From Orbicella franksi (Eukaryota), in assembly GCA_964199315.1 (NCBI GenBank), contig OZ116710.1:13702001-13766000 (forward strand): DNA of 64,000 bases, read 5' to 3'. The notes under the pieces were generated by a model. The model was not told the origin of the DNA. It searched no databases and saw only the letters and a program-made list of their open reading frames with translations. Positions 14,401-27,601 of the stretch are shown here, in pieces. Position numbers and translations under genes: made by a program. Within the stretch, counting starts at the first letter, position 1; each line of letters opens with the position of its first letter.

Positions 14401-17400
14401 TTGACTCGTTTACGTCTGTTTTTATTTTTGCAAGTGCCGGGTGAAAAAAAGGCGAACGGCGAATTATATTCGGCGAGATCATGAATCAGTATGCAAAAAA
14501 AGATTAAATCTGTCCTGGCGAGCAGAACTTACGAGGCAGGATGCCCTGACAAAAAATACACGTGATACTTTATTAATGGCAGTTGATTTTACTGTACAAG
14601 GTTTCCTTACAAAAGAGCACAGTTTCAACAGTTTCTCCAGTTCTCCAGGTTTAACCTCGTGGAACTATAATATTATCATTGTTTGATTTACTGGTGCAAA
14701 CTAGAAGGACCTGCATCTAAGAGCATAAGAATGTAAGCAGAAATTTACTCGTTACCAAGAAATTTCAAGATACCATCAAATATACAACATGGTAATAAGG
14801 TCAGCTGATAAGGTCAGGTAGTCTGAGCTACGTTTTACCTCCAACGGAAGCACATTCCGTACCCACGTACACAGATACGAACCTTACGTTCAAGATACAG
14901 ATAAGGTCATTGACAAATAAGATAACCTTCAATTACTAAGATTTCAAAATTCCACGCGCCAAGCACTGGTTGTTGACTTGCCTTTTAGCTGAGCCGATAC
15001 TTACACCTCGAGGACATATAAACCAATACTTCCGTGCTAAAGCGTTTTTGAGTTTCTCGTGAAAAAAGAAATATCTAAAAAAAAATTTAAGAGGGTCCTT
15101 GGCTAAGTTCCCGATTTGACAATACTATCTACCGCCGCCCCTTCCACGCTCCCAATCAATTCAAATTACAGTATCGATTAGAAAGGAAGGAATCATGATA
15201 ATAAATCTTGAAATTAGAGGACCATAGAAAGAAACCAGACACAATTTGTTTAAAATATGTCGATTGAAACCAAAACTGTATTGTGGAAATAAAAATAAAG
15301 TACATGAAAATGGGGACAGAATTTGGTGGGCAATATGTTTTCAAACCCGTCACTGTTATTCCTTGGACTTTACCAAATACATTAGAGCATTGGATTTAAC
15401 GAACAAAAAGAGCATTGAACTTCACGAAAAAGAAGAATATTTTTTTAAAAAAATTGTATGTGTGTATGCACGTAGACGGAAAATGAGAAGCCGTGATTAT
15501 AAAAATTCAAGGAATTCTCTAGTAGAAGCAAATCGAGTATTTTAGCCCCAAATAACCTTTCCTATAAATTCTTATTAGACACTGATTCTTGTTAAATGAT
15601 TTCAAATAAACTCGCCCTGCACAACTTTCTAGAACATTCTTAGACAGTCAAAGAAGACTACGATTAGATTAAGGAAACAAGCTATTCCAGAAGTCCCTTA
15701 ATTATAATCCGATTAAACTGCATATTTAAAACTGTAGAGGTCAGCGATATATTCATTTGTTTTAGGTGCAAGTTAAGAAAATGTTTTTACTGTGTATTAT
15801 CCGAAACACAATAGCTTTTTTTTTATTATTATTTTTATTTATTTATTTTTTTACACACACAATTAATAACAGACTATTTAAATAGTCGGCGATTAGGCTG
15901 AAAGAAGAAAATGTGTCAATTTACAAAACAATAGTTTTGTATTAAGCTTATGCAAGAACGTCACAAGCATTTTTTCCTCTGGTATTTCATTAGCCGATAA
16001 CAAGCAGCTAATAACTTCTGCAAGTCAATCAAACTTTTATGTACTTTACCCGACGCATGCTTTGTTGATAACTCCCCACGCACAAGGGTCAGCTTCCGAT
16101 TTTTACTAGAAGAATCTTGAGAGAGATTCCTACTGTACATAGACTGCGACCAAGCAATAAGATCGAACGTGCCAAAAGATCTAAAAACATCTAATCAGCT
16201 TAACACTCGGAAAAGAAATTACACTTTGCGTGAAGGACAACTTGACAGTGTGCCCGACTGAATAATACAAGAGAGATTTCGCTGACTGAGTCGTGGCGAC
16301 GTGCACTTTGGTGAGATTCAGTTTAAAGCAATGCCTGTTTGCTAAACCGTTTTAGTTCAAAAACATGATTTATCGTCTAATACATTTTAGACAACAGTAG
16401 TAGAAGAGAATTAGTCAGTTCACTAGTAATCATAAGTGTAATGTTTGTTTATGAGCGTGGGTTGGTGTATCCTGATCAATCTCGATCCTGAAATATTAGC
16501 CAAAAAGGACTCCGTCTGTGTGGAACTTATGTACTGATCAAGGATTACGGCTCAGCAAACGCCAGTAATACTGGCTGTTTCTTAACTGGGTACTTTAGAA
16601 ATGTTGAAATCAAATTAATTTTTAACACCCATTTATTTACGACCAGTGGAAGATCTTCTTGATATCATTTATATTCAAATGACGATGTTCGGATGTTTAA
16701 GAACTCAATCTTAACACTTAAATCGTTTAATATGGCTTTTTCAGTCTAATGAATTCACTCCTTTTAATAGCGCAAACTGTGTATCCGTGTATATTAAAAG
16801 CAACATTGCCAATTTAAGTGAATAATATCTATTTTTAGAAAGACTCTAGTGTGGTAAATTGTTTTCGCACGCAACAAGCTGCAACAATTATCAACTCGCT
16901 CCCTATTGCCATCAATCTGGTCGCCAGCTGTAGCTTAAAAATTGATGCCTGCTGCAAATTTGGACGATTTAATCAAAACATTTATTCCATTTCTCGTTCT
17001 TTGACTAACAATGCTATAAAGTAATACTAGTGTTTGCGTTAATGGAAGATATCGGAGAATCGCAAGAAAAGCCGATTACTACGTTACCATTTGTGAGCTG
17101 AGGCCAGTTGGTTAATTATTTTAAATGTTGTGCTGTATCGTATTGGATCATTCTCTTTCATAAGAGTAACGACAAGTTCCTGTTTTCGACCAAGCCTCAA
17201 GACCCAGCGTATTTCAAACGAAGGAGTTAAATACCTGTAAAGTTTAACCCGGGAGTTTAGTAACCTAGATGAGAGCTACTGTTAACATTTTAACACACGT
17301 GGAGGAAAAATAAATATAAAGATTGCATCCCGACAACGGCTAATTATGTAGTGTCTAGTGACGTTTTCCAGTATAGAACTGAACTGGAAAGATTCTATTC

Positions 17401-17530
17401 GTATTGTAGAAGTAAGCAAATCTCTGGCCTAAGTTGTGAAGTCGTGCAAAATTGGAGAAATGAAACAAAATGAAAACAACCAAAATAATCGACGGAAAGT
17501 TTTAACCGAACATTTGGTACAAGTATCCCC

Positions 17531-17561
17531 AAGAAGAAGAAGAAGAAGAAGTAGTAGTAGT
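17531..17561. repeat. Compound (GAA)n(GTA)n microsatellite
   Basis: aagaagaagaagaagaagaagtagtagtagt read directly. Confidence 0.85.
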
Positions 17562-19033
17562 TTCGTGGACATCACTTCGTGTTTTTTTTTTGTTTTTTTT
17601 TTTTAACTTTTTGGTTTGGAGCTCTGCTTTATTTATTCTTAGCTTAGTAATGAAAACCACAGGCTACTCCTCTTCGCTATTTGCCGGTAATTTTACGAAC
17701 ACTGAAGCCCTTCCTGCGGAAATACATGCTGTAAACTTAATCTGACCTTAACATAGCCGCCTTCAGTTGTCATGAAGATAACTTTAATTGCACATTTTTA
17801 TTTCGAGCCGGCGTGGATAGTTTAGCGAGCATTAGATTTTATTTCAGCAAGCAATGAATCAAAGTCGAATTGGTTGTGTATGTTAACTTGACTCCTCCTT
17901 GACTCTGTGCCTTGTTGTCGAAGCTGAACTAAGACAACTAAGCACGATCAGTTACAAGTTGTTGACACTTATCAACTGTCGCAAAGGTATTTTCAAAGGT
18001 ATTTCAATCAGTTCAGTTGAAATTGATAGTCCTTTTATTAATGCAAGCGAGTTATCACGCATGCTGAGCTGAGGAGGTCAGAGCAACACTTCATATGGAT
18101 CTCGGTAATTTCTTTGTCAAAACGCTTTAGTCTCGTACTTGTGAGGATCGGGCCGTGGTTACGCTTAACTCGTATCAGCGTTAGACAGTCAACTTCGCGG
18201 TCTGCCTTTGGACACCTTACTTCTGAGCCGTGCAATCCATTACGTCCCGATGACTTTTGTTCAGCTGTAACATGAACAGATCAAGGAGGGAGAAAGAAAC
18301 TCGTACTGCCAACTTCACTTCTAGGGTAGCTTTAAATGCCTTTTTATCTCCACTGAAACTAAATTGTAGTCTAGTGAAAACATCTTTATGAGTGGATGAA
18401 TATCATATGTCATCAGATGGAATAAATAAATAAATATCTTTTGGATACCTGCAGCCGGCCAATTGATGTATCGTATATGGAAAAGCCAAAGTCCAAGGTC
18501 GTAAGACACCCAGAATAAATAACAAAAACAACGAGCGGAAACGGATTTGTTTTTAATCATTTCTTAAGTTCGCACTTTTGTAATGCTCATTTCATAATAC
18601 TGATGTCACTTTTAACCCTCCTTTCAACCATAAATTTTGACAAATATAAGATAAGATAACCCCATTAACTTAGTTTGAAAACATTTTTAACAAGTGCCCT
18701 CTTCAGCGAATTGTGTGTTAAGTTGTCAAGTATCCAGTTCTTCCCTATTGATTATTGTAGCTGCTATTTATGTTTTAGTTATCGGCAACACGAACAGCGT
18801 AAGGCCTTGAGTTATAGAAGAAAGAAGAAAGGCAAATTAACTAAGTGCCGTACTTGATCAACATGTCATCTTTACAATTACTACCTTTTCTTGGAGTAGA
18901 AAAGCTAGCACTTTTGGGCAACCGAAGTCCACAGTTCTTCATGGGTCTCATCGAGCCCGTGGAATTGAGTTTTAACTGTATTTTGGTATTTTAAAACCAC
19001 TCAATCGCCACTTCTATTTTTGATTTTATCAGA

Positions 19034-20137
19034 ATGCAGATGTCGAACAGCACAGACAGTCCACTGCCTGATCTTTCACCAGACACCGAATACTCAGAGA
19101 TACCAAGAACTCCTCTAGTAGTTACTCTGGCGTGTCTTTCATTTGGCACAGTCCTTGGTAACAGCATAGTATGCTTCGCAATCTATAACCATCCAGCTTT
19201 GCGTCATGTAACCTACATGTCAATCTTCAGCCTAGCAATCGCTGACTCTTTGGCAGGCCTGGTCGCCATGCCGAGCTATATCTTTAAAAAGTTCACATGG
19301 GAGGAACCAATGCAGACGATCGTGTGCGACATATTTCGCTCTTCCTACTTTCTCACGGGTTACGCTTCTATTCTGAGTTTGTCTGTCATCAGTGTAGAGC
19401 GCCTGATCGCCATCAGAAATCCGCTGAACCATGTTACCATTGTCACTCGTCGTCGAGTCGCTCTGGCGCTATTGTTCGTCTGGATGGACGCCCTGATGGT
19501 TTCTTCCCTTCCTTTTGTCCCATGGGAATCAAACGAACCTTATCAGGAGTGCAACTACAGCCCGACCCACTGGTGGAGCATCATGGTTATTATATCCAAC
19601 GTCATAGTTCCGTTTCTTGTGATCGTGATCTGCTATACCTACATGTACATCACGGCCCAGTCGCACATCAAGAAAATATCAAGTAATAGGAAAAACGTAT
19701 CACACAACAGCGAACATTCTCGCAAAGATTACAAGGAACGCCGAGCAAATATCACCATCATGATTGTGATTGGCGTCTTTGTGGCCTGTTGGTTTCCATC
19801 CTGCTTTTACTACTTTTTACAGAAAACATGTCCGCAATGTTTCTCTGAATCGTTCCGTTCGAAGCAAAGCCTTGTCAATGCTTTGGTAAAGATCCTGACT
19901 TTTACATCGTCCTTTGTGAATCCATTAATTTATTGCTGGAGAAGTCGTGAGTTTAGAAGCGTGTTCCTGAAAATTTGCATTCGAAAGAAGCGAAGCTTTT
20001 CTGACTCGCTCTCCAGTTATTTCAACAGTTACATTTCACGACGGGGCAACGACGATCAAACGAAGTTGCAGTGTTCTACGACACAAGAAAAAGTGAACAT
20101 TATTAAAACCTGCCACAGCAAAGACAGCATTGTTTAG
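19034..20137 (+). CDS. Class A (rhodopsin-like) GPCR, orphan, paralog A, 367 aa
   Basis: Uninterrupted ORF with seven hydrophobic segments: N-terminal NST sequon, GN in TM1, SLAIAD in TM2, TM3 Cys, SVERL (E/DRY position), CWFP in TM6, NPLIY in TM7. Ligand not assignable. Confidence 0.95.
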   Translation: MQMSNSTDSPLPDLSPDTEYSEIPRTPLVVTLACLSFGTVLGNSIVCFAIYNHPALRHVTYMSIFSLAIADSLAGLVAMPSYIFKKFTWEEPMQTIVCDIFRSSYFLTGYASILSLSVISVERLIAIRNPLNHVTIVTRRRVALALLFVWMDALMVSSLPFVPWESNEPYQECNYSPTHWWSIMVIISNVIVPFLVIVICYTYMYITAQSHIKKISSNRKNVSHNSEHSRKDYKERRANITIMIVIGVFVACWFPSCFYYFLQKTCPQCFSESFRSKQSLVNALVKILTFTSSFVNPLIYCWRSREFRSVFLKICIRKKRSFSDSLSSYFNSYISRRGNDDQTKLQCSTTQEKVNIIKTCHSKDSIV

Positions 20138-23100
20138 ATATAGTAGTCATACCTGTGTTAAAGTGTTTGACCGTATATGGAGAACGAGGGAGGAGTGGGC
20201 CGCTTAGTTAAAAATTTTTCGCCTGAAATGAAAGTTCTGTCGGGAAAAATTGCTTAAAACAGCACATTTGGTAAGCTTTCTTGCGCACAAATACAGGGAA
20301 TAATAGGTCATTGCATCCCGGAAACTACAAAACATCTTATATCGTCACAATAAACTCAACTACGTAGAGTTTGACAGAAACATTAAAATTCATCAAAATG
20401 TTTGTAACATACAGCAAAAGCCAGGGAATCAAGAAGATAAGCGTGCCAAACCTTTACTCGAAGATCCAAAAAACGTACTCAAAATCAGTGTTGAGGATTA
20501 TGATAAATAAAAATAAACTGTATGTTCACAATGTTTAATTAAGCCCCATTTTTCTTAACAGAGAGAAAATTACTCTAACTGGCTGCGTTTCCCTCAGCAT
20601 CCACATCACATTGCTTTGAAAATTATTTTGATTAATTAGTAATTGTTACGACGAACGCCTGCTCCTTACTATTTTGAGTAATTTAGCCTTAATAACTAGA
20701 TTTCTCAAGCTAGTGTGAAAAATAATTGTTGCATGTTCTTTTGTTATTGCTGAAAAAATCAAATCGTTATTGCTAGACCTCCGACAATCTTAGAATCTTT
20801 TTAAACTCGTTGAGTTTAGAACCCTGCTTAATTCGGTATCAGTATTATGGATTAAAAAAGAGTTAATATTTCAACTGATGGATAAATTTATGCAAGTTGC
20901 TGTGGTGATCAATTTAACTGGCTTTTCGTACACAAAGAAGGCAGAACAGGAATTCAAGGGCTTCCGCAGATCTGGTGATAAATTTGAATCTCGTTCGACG
21001 TTCCAGCCTTCGTAAGCTGTTGATAAATTTTCTTGATTTTACTTTAGGCACGTAAAGCCAATACCAATTCGTCCGTCAGTTGAAATCGATTTATTAGGTG
21101 AAATAAAAATAAACAAATTACGCGCTTTGCAGAAATGCGCCCTTCGTAATGAAAAAAGAGCGGTAAAACGGAGACCTTCAATTTTGTTAACAACGTACTG
21201 ATTATCTATAATCAGTCCAATTTTGGAGTATTAACTCCTAACATTGCATTGCCTTTTTTCTGGAATCAGTGACAGAAAAATGAGTTAGATTAAAGCTCTT
21301 CGGAAAATCGATAAAGGAAGATATCCATGGTTACAAATGAATGTCCGCCTCTATTTCGCAAGATTTATAGAAAGATAAACAACAGGAATGTAAGGAGTGC
21401 ATTTTAAGTTCACTGCTTGATGGTATTAAAGCCAATTTGAACTGAAAATAAGTTTTTCACAGGATCAGTTTCTTCTGTTAATTCCGTAAACGAAGGCCTC
21501 AATATTGATGATAAAAGAACGAAAGTTTAAAAATTTAATCGGCAAAGGATAGCTTTAATGAATTTAAAGTTAACAATATCTCCAAAATTGAGAGTTTGGA
21601 GTTCGGTAGAAAGAAGAAATGTCGGCATTTACAAACGAATTCAAGAACACGTAATGAATATGCGTATGTTTCACCTGTTGGAGGCATGTATCGTATTTCT
21701 CTAGCGAGTCCGTTATCATATGTTCTAGAACAAACCTCTGGTGAGCACGATATTTAACTTTTCAATCGTGATATCGGATGTTATAAAACGGGCATTACGA
21801 ACAACAGGAAAGCTATTCGTTTACAATACATAAAGTTGAAATCAAATCCGGACATAAAATCAATAACAATTTTTTTTTCCGAGTTATAACAAAGAAAGGT
21901 AAGAAGATATTAAAAGATGCGTGATCGCGTCCAAAAGGTGAAGTCCGTCCCGAATAAATATGAGTTTTATTTACTTTGACATTTGTCATGTAAATTATTG
22001 GCGCCATTGAGCGCCATCAAATTGCTTAGTGATCGTTCCCGAGAACACGTTTACAGATAGGCCAGTGTCAATAACTAATTTTCTGTAGTTGATAAATCCA
22101 TTTGGGAATTTTATCTGGGCGTTATACAAGTGAATGTCTTATCTAGTTTCCCGACCAAGCGAGGTTTACTCTAACAGCAGGTATTGGCCGTTGCGGATGG
22201 TTGTGCAGCAAACTGCCAAAAGGAGGTAAAAGTTACTTATCACGTCTACTAGTATTGCGGAGTTAAAGTTAAAACGATCCATTGATTCTTCGAAAAATTG
22301 GTGTCAGGATTTATTTCAGCCAAAAAGTTGAAAAGGTAGGCTTTATCGTGGTTTATATTTTCACCCTTTTCTCCGGTTAAAGAACCAAATCCAATAAAAC
22401 CCGCAATTTCATTTTTGTGTGCCATTATTCTACTAAGGGGCATGATATCGATTCGAGTTAATCTGATATTGATTTTCAGCACTGAGTGATAAGGAGACGC
22501 TAACCTAGATTATTTTGAAACATGCGTGACTCCAATAGTGGAAAAATCACCGTGACGCGGACCTCTGGGTATACTTTGTCTAAAGTTGTGTGCGCAATAT
22601 ACATGTTTCGTTATATCGACAAATTGAATTAAAAAGAGGAATAGATCACTTTTCTTCTTCGGAACGGATGGGAATACAAGAGACTGGAGGCGATAAAAAA
22701 TAGATAAAATATAGTATTGGGTAACATTCTGTACATTTAGTAAGAAGCAACAAATTGTATATCGTGGATTTGAATAATATGTCAATCCAGATGCTTCACC
22801 CAATAAAATTAAAAACGATTTTAAGACATGAAATTTATGACTTTAAGCTTAATAGTATGCCTATTAGATCTATGATATTTAGACAAGATTGGCTCAAATG
22901 CAAAGAATTATTTTTCCATTGTCATTACTTGCAAGGTCTACGCTACCGGCTTTTAAAATGTTTTTTTTTTTTTTTTTTTTTTTATTGATATTGTATAACA
23001 TTTACAATACTTACAAAGACACAATACCTACAGGACTTACAAGACTTTTATAATACAATAACTACTATGTTTAAATAATTATATACAGGAGGAAAAAAAA

Positions 23101-23239
23101 GACAATAAAGACAAACATCGAAATATCCTTAAACTAAGTTAAAGAAAATATAAAGCAGATACGTGTAGTGATTTTAGCATGGTTTTTTCTATAAAAGAGT
23201 TAAGGGGAGGGGATCCCTGTATTGTAATGTGAGAGGAAG

Positions 23240-26200
23240 AGGGGAAAGCTTTTTATCTCCGGAGAGGTGTTGCGTGTTTTGCATATCCATACAAAATATC
23301 TAGCGACCAAGAAAAAGAAGTTTAGTTTTTTGCTATCGTTTGGCTTAAGCCCTAGTACGATGTATGGCGACAGATTAAAAGTTTCCGAAAGTTCTCCACG
23401 ATTAATTAACCATTGTTTAAATTCTTGCCAAAGAAAGTAGGATATATCACAAGTCCAAAATAAGTGGATGAGAGTCTCTTTATCCTTTTTACAAAAAGTA
23501 CACTGCTCGTTATCCTTGAGATTTATTTTGGTAAGAAAAATGTTGGTCGCTAGTCTTCTGTGTAGTAGCTTAAATTAGAACACGATCAATTTAGAGATTT
23601 TTGTGCATAGAAAGGGTGTTTTGTAAACTGCCTTCCAGTCGATATCGTCTGGTGTTTCAGGCATGCATTTTGTGACCCACTTTCTTTGGACCTCAACTGG
23701 GTTTTTTTGTTTTTTGCTCTTAAGGATTTTATACGTTAGTCTGTTTGGTTTTGTCGACTTTTGGAAGGTATCAAAAACAGATTCGTAAGCAGCGTTGCAG
23801 TTGTTGAAGTTGGCTTCACTGCTTTTTTATAAGGTCTTAACCGCTGATAACATGCCTTGAAAAGTAAGAAAGTTTGTTTTTATGTTGTAGAGTTCTGTAA
23901 AATCAGAAAAAGATAGGAAACTGTTCGCATCATTCATCAAATGGCCCACTTTTTTAACTCCCTTTACAGACCATGAACGATAGTATTTAGGTTTGTTACC
24001 AACACGTATAAGGGAGTTATGCCATAGACTTTGCGCCTTTAGCTGATCGATAGAGGAGATACTAGTTTCAAGTGAGATTTCTGCCCAGATGTGGAGTATT
24101 TCTGAAGTAAAGGTGTCTGTTGTTTTGATAATTTTTAACAGATCTTGCTTCTTGAGGTTGGCACGAAAAAATTCGACACCACCGAGACTTCGTAATTCAG
24201 AATCAAGCAAAAATTTCCATTTACCTTGATTTTCCGGATCTAGATATTTTTTTACCCAACTTGATTTAAGGGCTTTGTTAAAAAGTTTGATATCAATCAT
24301 CTTTAGCCCTCCATTCTCGTGGTCGTTGATCATTATGTCGCGCTTTATCTTGTACCCCTTGCCACCCCATAGAAAATTGAAGAAAATGTTATTTATTTCT
24401 GCAATAGCACTGTGGTTGGACGGCAGAGGAGACAAGATGTAGACCAGTTGAGAGGCAATCAGACTTTTTAGGACTGTAATTTTGCCTAGAAGAGTTAAAC
24501 GACGCAGCTCCCAGCAGCTTAAGCTATTTCTGATTTTGCTTAGTTTTTCGCTGTAATTAGCTTCTATGATGGTTTCGGGGTTGGTGGAGAGCCATACCCC
24601 TAGAGCCTTAACCTTATCTTTTACCCATTTAAACTCTTTATCAGGGCACTAATCTTTACTTCTTGTTCGCTTATTGTTATGCCCTTAATGTTTTTATTTT
24701 TCCTTATTGTTTCGGCTAATATTTCTACACCGAGAATAAACAGATACGGAGACAGAGGGCAGCCTTGTCTTACCCCCCTTTCGAGTTTGAAAAAATTGCT
24801 AGACCAGCCATTGTTGAGAATGCAGCTTTCTGTGTTATGATAAAAAAGCCTGATCCAGTTTATAGCAGATTGTCCAAAGTTGTAATGTTGTAAGGTTTTT
24901 TGCAAAAAAGACCACTCTACCGTGTCAAAAGCCTTTTCAAAGTCGAGAAAGAGTAGGAGTCCTGGAATGTTCTTCGCGGCTGTATGCTTGATAATACCAT
25001 CGATGAGTCGAATGTTTTCTCCAATAAATCTGCCTTTAAGAAATCCGGTTTGGTCATGGCTAATAATAGTTGGAATAACCTGTTTGAATCTGTTAGCAAT
25101 AGCTTTAGCTGCTATTTTGTAATCGCAGTTAAGAAGAGATACCGGGCGCCAGTTTTTTATTAAGTTGAGTTCTGCGTCTTTTTTTGGTATGAGTTTTATA
25201 ATACCTCTCCTTTGAGTTACTGAAAGCTGACCGATACGATAAGCGTAGTTTATCGAATTTAAGAAAAGGTCAGAGATATCATTCCAAAAGACTTTGTAAA
25301 ATTCGTCCTGTAAACCGTCAGAGCCCGGGGTCTTGTTGCATTCCATATCCTTAAGTGCTTTTAGACATTCCGCTTTCTTTAGTAAACCTTCACAGCCTTT
25401 TTGTTCAGTTAGGTTTAGTTTTTTCTCCGTTTGCGAACCGAAGAAGACACTATTTGTCAGTTCATTTTGAGAACACTTGTTTGAACTATAAAGGCGTTTG
25501 TAGAAGTTTTCGCACTCATTCAGAATTTCTTTGTCTGTACTGACAAAGTTTTCATTATCTAATTTTAATTGGCTTATTGTCCCTTGTTTGTAATGCCGTT
25601 TTTCTAGGTTTAAAAAGTATTTTGTATTCTTTTCACCTTCATTGTGCCATCGGCATCTAGCTCGCAAGATTGAACCTTTTGTTCGGTGTTAAATTATTTC
25701 TTCTAATTCTAATTTTTTTGCGTCTAAAGCATGCAGAGTGTCTTTCTTATCCTCGTCCTCAATATTGTTGGATTCAACTAAGCGTTGCAAATTATTAATT
25801 TCCTTTTCAAGTTCTTCTTCATAACGTGATATTTTTGCATTTTTAATTGTTGAATATTTTAGAGACTGTTCTCTAATTTTTAGTTTTGTCATTTCCCACA
25901 TAAGGGCATCGTTGACGAAACAATCATTTTTGTAACTTTCCTGAGTATCTTTGATTGTAGCTCGTATTTGGTTTATATAATCAATTTCTGATAGGAGCGA
26001 GGTATTAAGTTTCCAAAAACTCGGGCCTCTTTCATTTGAGTGAGCGGCGATCATGATTTCTATTAGAGAGTGGTCTGTTTTGTATCCAGTGGCGATATTA
26101 GCAGATTTAACATTACACATTAAATTTTGCGTGACAAGAAAGAAATCCAAACGACATTGAATTTCTGGGCGTTTGCGCCGCCACGTATATCTGCGGTTGT

Positions 26201-26753
26201 CCGGGTTTAGGATTCGCCATGCGTCCACTAAATCAAGTTCGGCACAAAGCTCTTTTAATGTTTTAACCGATTCTGCATGTGTTCTAGCGATTCCGCCCTT
26301 TTTATCTACATTCAGGTTCAAAACCAAGTTGAAGTCCCTTCCAATTATTACATCGTCCCACTCAAAATCATTTAGATGGTCAAAAAAATTCGAAAAGAAG
26401 TTAGGCTCGTCCTCATTAGGCGCGTAGAGTGTGGCTATGGTTACACATTTTTCATCTGTTGTGATATCGCAGATAACAAATCTGCCGTTGGGATCCACGT
26501 ATGTTCGTTCAAGTTGAAAATCAAAGTTGTTATTGAATAGAATAGCGACGCCTCCTTTAGCACTGGTGCAGCAGCTAAAAATTGTTTTGTATCCCCATTC
26601 AGCAGACCATACAGGGATTGTTATTTCTGAGCAGTGTACTTCTTGGAGCATGTAAATTGAAAACTTTTTCCTTCTGAGCCAATCAAACATTTCCCGTCTT
26701 TTTAGTCTCTCCCCGAGTCCTCTCACATTAAGAGAACCTATTTTAAGATCCGT
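23240..26753 (-). pseudogene. L1/Tx1 ORF2 (APE endonuclease - reverse transcriptase - CCHC finger), disrupted
   Basis: KIGSLNVRGL, MLQE, YAPN, RLDFFL, TDH (APE); PGSDG, NWRPVSLLNCDYK, LDFEKAFD, RQGCPLSP (RT); CTFCKKDKETLIHLFWTC (zinc finger). In-frame stops at 25689-25691, 23827-23829 and further 3'; frameshifting deletion near 24649 removes the YADD region. Ends approximate. Confidence 0.9.
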
Positions 26754-27067
26754 GAACAAAACAGAGGAGAAAACATTGGAAGAAAAACCATGCAGAAAAA
26801 GTAAGCTAATGTTATTTTGGTTATTATACCAGAACATGATGTTTGTGTTTTTAAACAAACGAAATACATGCAAGAAAAGGCGGCAAAAAGCACATAAAAG
26901 CACACGTAAAAAGGTTCCATTGTCAGTTTGAGTCCCAGCAGAGTTGACTGTCGTAATCATAATAATAGGTAGATGGGTCAACTCATTAGTCTTTGCGATC
27001 AATTTGCATACGCTTTTTTTTTTAAAAAAAATAATAGTTACTTAGAGAGAAGAGGGAAAGGAGGAAA

Positions 27068-27601
27068 TTAATTTAAGTAGGCTGGGATATTCTTATAATC
27101 GTATTTTTCGTTATTTATTAGAAGATATCGTCCAACTACCTTCGCGTTTGGATGCTCTTGAGTTTCCCTTGCCTTCATCATCGCCTTGATTAACACTTTT
27201 CTTTCATCTTGTATCGCCTTCGCGAAATCTTCGGTAATGTAGGCATCAGGGTAGTTTTCTGAATACTTTATCTTACCTCTTTTGCTCCAGATTTCGTTCC
27301 TGTCTTCACGGCTGATAAAGCGGGCGATGATGGGTCTGCATCTGGTCTCGATTTTCTTACCCACTTTCTTTCAACGATGTCACTTCGCTTTTCATCACTT
27401 CAATCTCATGTTTAAATTCCTGTCTGAGTTTGTCGAAGTCGGCACGTAAGCTGGCGAAGCCGGCTTCCATCGCTTTGATTAAAGAGTCGATAGAGCTTTT
27501 GATGTCTTCGTGGACTCCTTCTTCGTTCATCGTGTCGGATTCGCTGTGAGTCGAAGAATTTGATCCTCTCTGTTTTCTTTTTTGTTTCTCTTACTTGCCA
27601 T
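27068..27601 (-). pseudogene. L1/Tx1 ORF1 remnant, frameshifted and internally deleted
   Basis: ATG at 27601 (MASKRNK), coiled-coil-like FASLRADFDKLRQEFKHEIEVMKSEVTSLKES fused out of frame to VGKKIETRCRPIIARF...YITEDFAKAIQDERKVL, typical of the ORF1 C-terminal half. Confidence 0.8.

Larger units (their letters stand above)
1..20137 (+). repeat. Segmental tandem duplication, copy A (left end lies outside the window)
   Basis: Position 1 (aaccatcgagcaaggctgcagttc) matches 30782 and collinear similarity with indels continues to the GPCR stop codon (20137 vs 47048), where it is lost. Confidence 0.95.

Noticed and set aside
19297-19686. 129-aa alternative-frame ORF inside GPCR A, mirrored at 46199-46588 (plus antisense ORFs)
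   Set aside because: Expected by-product of near-identical paralogs; no equivalent noted in paralog C and no domain features.
24917-26920. Small alternative and antisense ORFs within the LINE
   Set aside because: Shadows of ORF2.
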